Positions 12,951 to 14,721 of a stretch of DNA of 14,721 bases are shown here, one piece after another; within the stretch, counting starts at the first letter, position 1, and each line of letters starts with the position of its first letter. Origin of the DNA: Oligoflexus sp. GTDB taxonomy: Bacteria; Bdellovibrionota_B; Oligoflexia; Oligoflexales; Oligoflexaceae. A program made the translations under genes and the position numbers. Below the pieces are notes generated by a model. The model saw only the letters and a list, made by a program, of their open reading frames with translations, searched no databases and was not told the DNA's origin. The stretch lies in contig JBGSTX010000267.1 in NCBI GenBank assembly GCA_041736305.1, positions 1 through 14,721 of the forward strand, written 5' to 3'.

Positions 12951-14721
12951 ATGAAAACGATTTCGCTTCAAGGCCCTTGGCAAATCAAAGCAGTCGACGA
13001 CAGTTTTAAGCTCGAAGGTAATGTTCCGACCAGCGTCTTCTACGAACTTGAGAAAGCCAAGTACTGGGGCGAGCACGATGTATTCTACCGGGAAAACAAC
13101 CGGCGCTGCGTAGAGATCGCGGCTCGCGACGTGCTCTTTGAGAAGACCTTTGAGCTCACGCCTGATTTCTTGAAGACCGCCGATGCGCGCTTTTATCTCG
13201 AAGCCGATGGTCTCGATACTCTAGCGACGCTTATGCTCAATGGCAAAGAAATCGCTAAGGTTGAGAACATGCATCGGCGTTGGGCCTGGGATGTCGCTTC
13301 GCTCTTGAAGCCAGGCCAGAACGAGCTAAAAATCCTCTTCAAAGACACGATTAAGGAAATTACGGAACGGGACAAGAAACGCCAGCTCTGGCAGGTCGGC
13401 ACTCCTGTAAAAGGTGCCAACCATCTGCGGAAGATGTACTGCAGCTTCGGCTGGGATTGGGGTCCGCAGATTCCCGATATCGGTATCTTCCGCGACATTC
13501 GTCTCGTAGCCTATGAAAAGGCTCGGATTCAGGACCTGCATATCACGCAGAAACACGATAAAGGTCTGGTGACCCTGACGATCGACAGCAAAATCGAATC
13601 CTGGGGAGGCTCAGCCGACCAGCAGGGCCTGCGGGTCACGGTGAAAGATCCTAAAGGCAAGACCATCAGCCAAGAGTTTGCCCGCGACGCCGAGAAGACT
13701 ATAGCTATTAAAGACCCCCTGCTCTGGTGGCCCAATGGCTACGGTGAGCAGCATCTCTATTCTGTCGAAATCGAGCTGCTAGCCGGACAGAGCATGCTTC
13801 ACAGTCAAACCCAGCGTTTAGGCTTGCGCACTCTACGCCTTCAGCAGGAAAAAGACGAGTGGGGCAAGAGCTTTCAGTTCAACGTCAACGGCATCGCTAT
13901 CTTTGCCCGCGGTGCGAACTATATTCCTGAAGATGTCTACCTCAATCGGGTGACTCACGAGAAGACCCAGAAGCTCATGCAGAGCTGCGTCGATGCTAAC
14001 TTCAACTGCCTGCGCGTTTGGGGCGGTGGAATTTATCCGAGCAACGATTTCTTTGATATCTGCGATGAGGCTGGGATTATCATCTGGCAAGACCTGATGT
14101 TTTCCTGCTCGATCTACGACATTCATAATCCTGTCTTCTTTGACAATATCACCCACGAAGTGCGGGACAACCTGCAGCGCATGCGGCATCACGCCTGTCT
14201 CGGTTTGATCTGCGGCAACAACGAGATGGAATGGGCTTTCGAAGATTGGACCTTTCCCAAGACCAAGGAGAACCGGGCCGAGTATATCAAGCAGTACGAG
14301 GTTCTCTTCCCTGCCCTGGTCGCGGAAGTTTGTCCGGAAATCGACTACTGGCCGGCCTCACCTTCATCAGGTGGCCACTTCGAAAATCCCAACGACCCGA
14401 CCGCGGGCGACGTCCATGACTGGACCGTGTGGCACGGCCGGAAGAATTACACCGAGTTCAGAAAGCATCACTACCGCTTTCTCTCTGAGTTTGGCTTCCA
14501 GAGCTTTCCTTCCTACAAGACCATCCTCAGCTATACGAGTCAGGAAGATCGCAACATCTTTAGCCCTGTGATGGAAGACCACCAGCGGAACGAGAGCGAC
14601 AACGGCAACTCGAAAATCTTCCACTTCATGGCCGACTACTATCGCTATCCTAAAGACCTGGCTAGCATTGCCTATATTTCGCAGTGCAGCCAGGCTGAAG
14701 CCCTACGTTATGCGGTCGAGC
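12951..14721 (+). CDS. GH2 beta-mannosidase, cytoplasmic; 3' end runs off the window
   Basis: Not in the ORF track. ATG 12951 after an AAGGA SD gives MKTISLQGPWQI...DGLDTLA...NMHR...LRKMYCSFGWDWGP...LWWPNGYGEQHLY...RGANYIP...RVWGGGIY...WQDLMF...CGNNE (acid/base, codon 14223-14225)...SEFGFQS (nucleophile, codon 14487-14489). No signal peptide. Confidence 0.93.
   Translation, partial: MKTISLQGPWQIKAVDDSFKLEGNVPTSVFYELEKAKYWGEHDVFYRENNRRCVEIAARDVLFEKTFELTPDFLKTADARFYLEADGLDTLATLMLNGKEIAKVENMHRRWAWDVASLLKPGQNELKILFKDTIKEITERDKKRQLWQVGTPVKGANHLRKMYCSFGWDWGPQIPDIGIFRDIRLVAYEKARIQDLHITQKHDKGLVTLTIDSKIESWGGSADQQGLRVTVKDPKGKTISQEFARDAEKTIAIKDPLLWWPNGYGEQHLYSVEIELLAGQSMLHSQTQRLGLRTLRLQQEKDEWGKSFQFNVNGIAIFARGANYIPEDVYLNRVTHEKTQKLMQSCVDANFNCLRVWGGGIYPSNDFFDICDEAGIIIWQDLMFSCSIYDIHNPVFFDNITHEVRDNLQRMRHHACLGLICGNNEMEWAFEDWTFPKTKENRAEYIKQYEVLFPALVAEVCPEIDYWPASPSSGGHFENPNDPTAGDVHDWTVWHGRKNYTEFRKHHYRFLSEFGFQSFPSYKTILSYTSQEDRNIFSPVMEDHQRNESDNGNSKIFHFMADYYRYPKDLASIAYISQCSQAEALRYAVE

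Noticed and set aside
13193-14624. Short ORFs listed over the right end of the window
   Set aside because: They are shadows of the continuous + strand GH2 frame starting at 12951.
1-14721. Mobile elements, CRISPR arrays, tRNA or rRNA genes
   Set aside because: I saw no transposase or integrase motifs, no spaced direct-repeat arrays and no structural RNA signatures. The window is almost fully coding.

Overview
The window holds a divergently transcribed carbohydrate-utilisation locus, most likely for beta-mannosides or manno-oligosaccharides, from a diderm bacterium whose taxonomy cannot be fixed from the sequence. The rightward (+) arm encodes a CUT1 sugar ABC importer whose solute-binding protein is fused to the MalF-type permease, then a MalG-type permease, a MalK/MsmX-type ATPase and a cytoplasmic GH2 beta-mannosidase. 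The mannosidase runs off the right end and is missing from the ORF track. The leftward (-) arm is a tightly packed run: ROK sugar kinase (Mak-like), a lipoprotein with tandem Trp- and Cys-containing repeat domains, LamB-like porin A, a secreted CBM-like protein, LamB-like porin B, an Rsm22/METTL17-like methyltransferase-fold protein with four putative Fe-S cysteines, and a Cof-type HAD phosphatase. The phosphatase runs off the left end and is also missing from the ORF track. The ~430-480 bp divergent intergenic region carries a sigma70-like promoter with a LacI-type palindrome filling its spacer, plus three HexR/RpiR-like TGTA-N7-TACA boxes. The most interesting element is the outer-membrane module (repeat lipoprotein, two divergent LamB paralogues and a stand-alone CBM). 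It resembles a Sus-like glycan-capture apparatus built on LamB porins rather than TonB-dependent transporters, feeding a fused SBP-permease importer. All family calls come from motif recognition by eye; no database searches were run.
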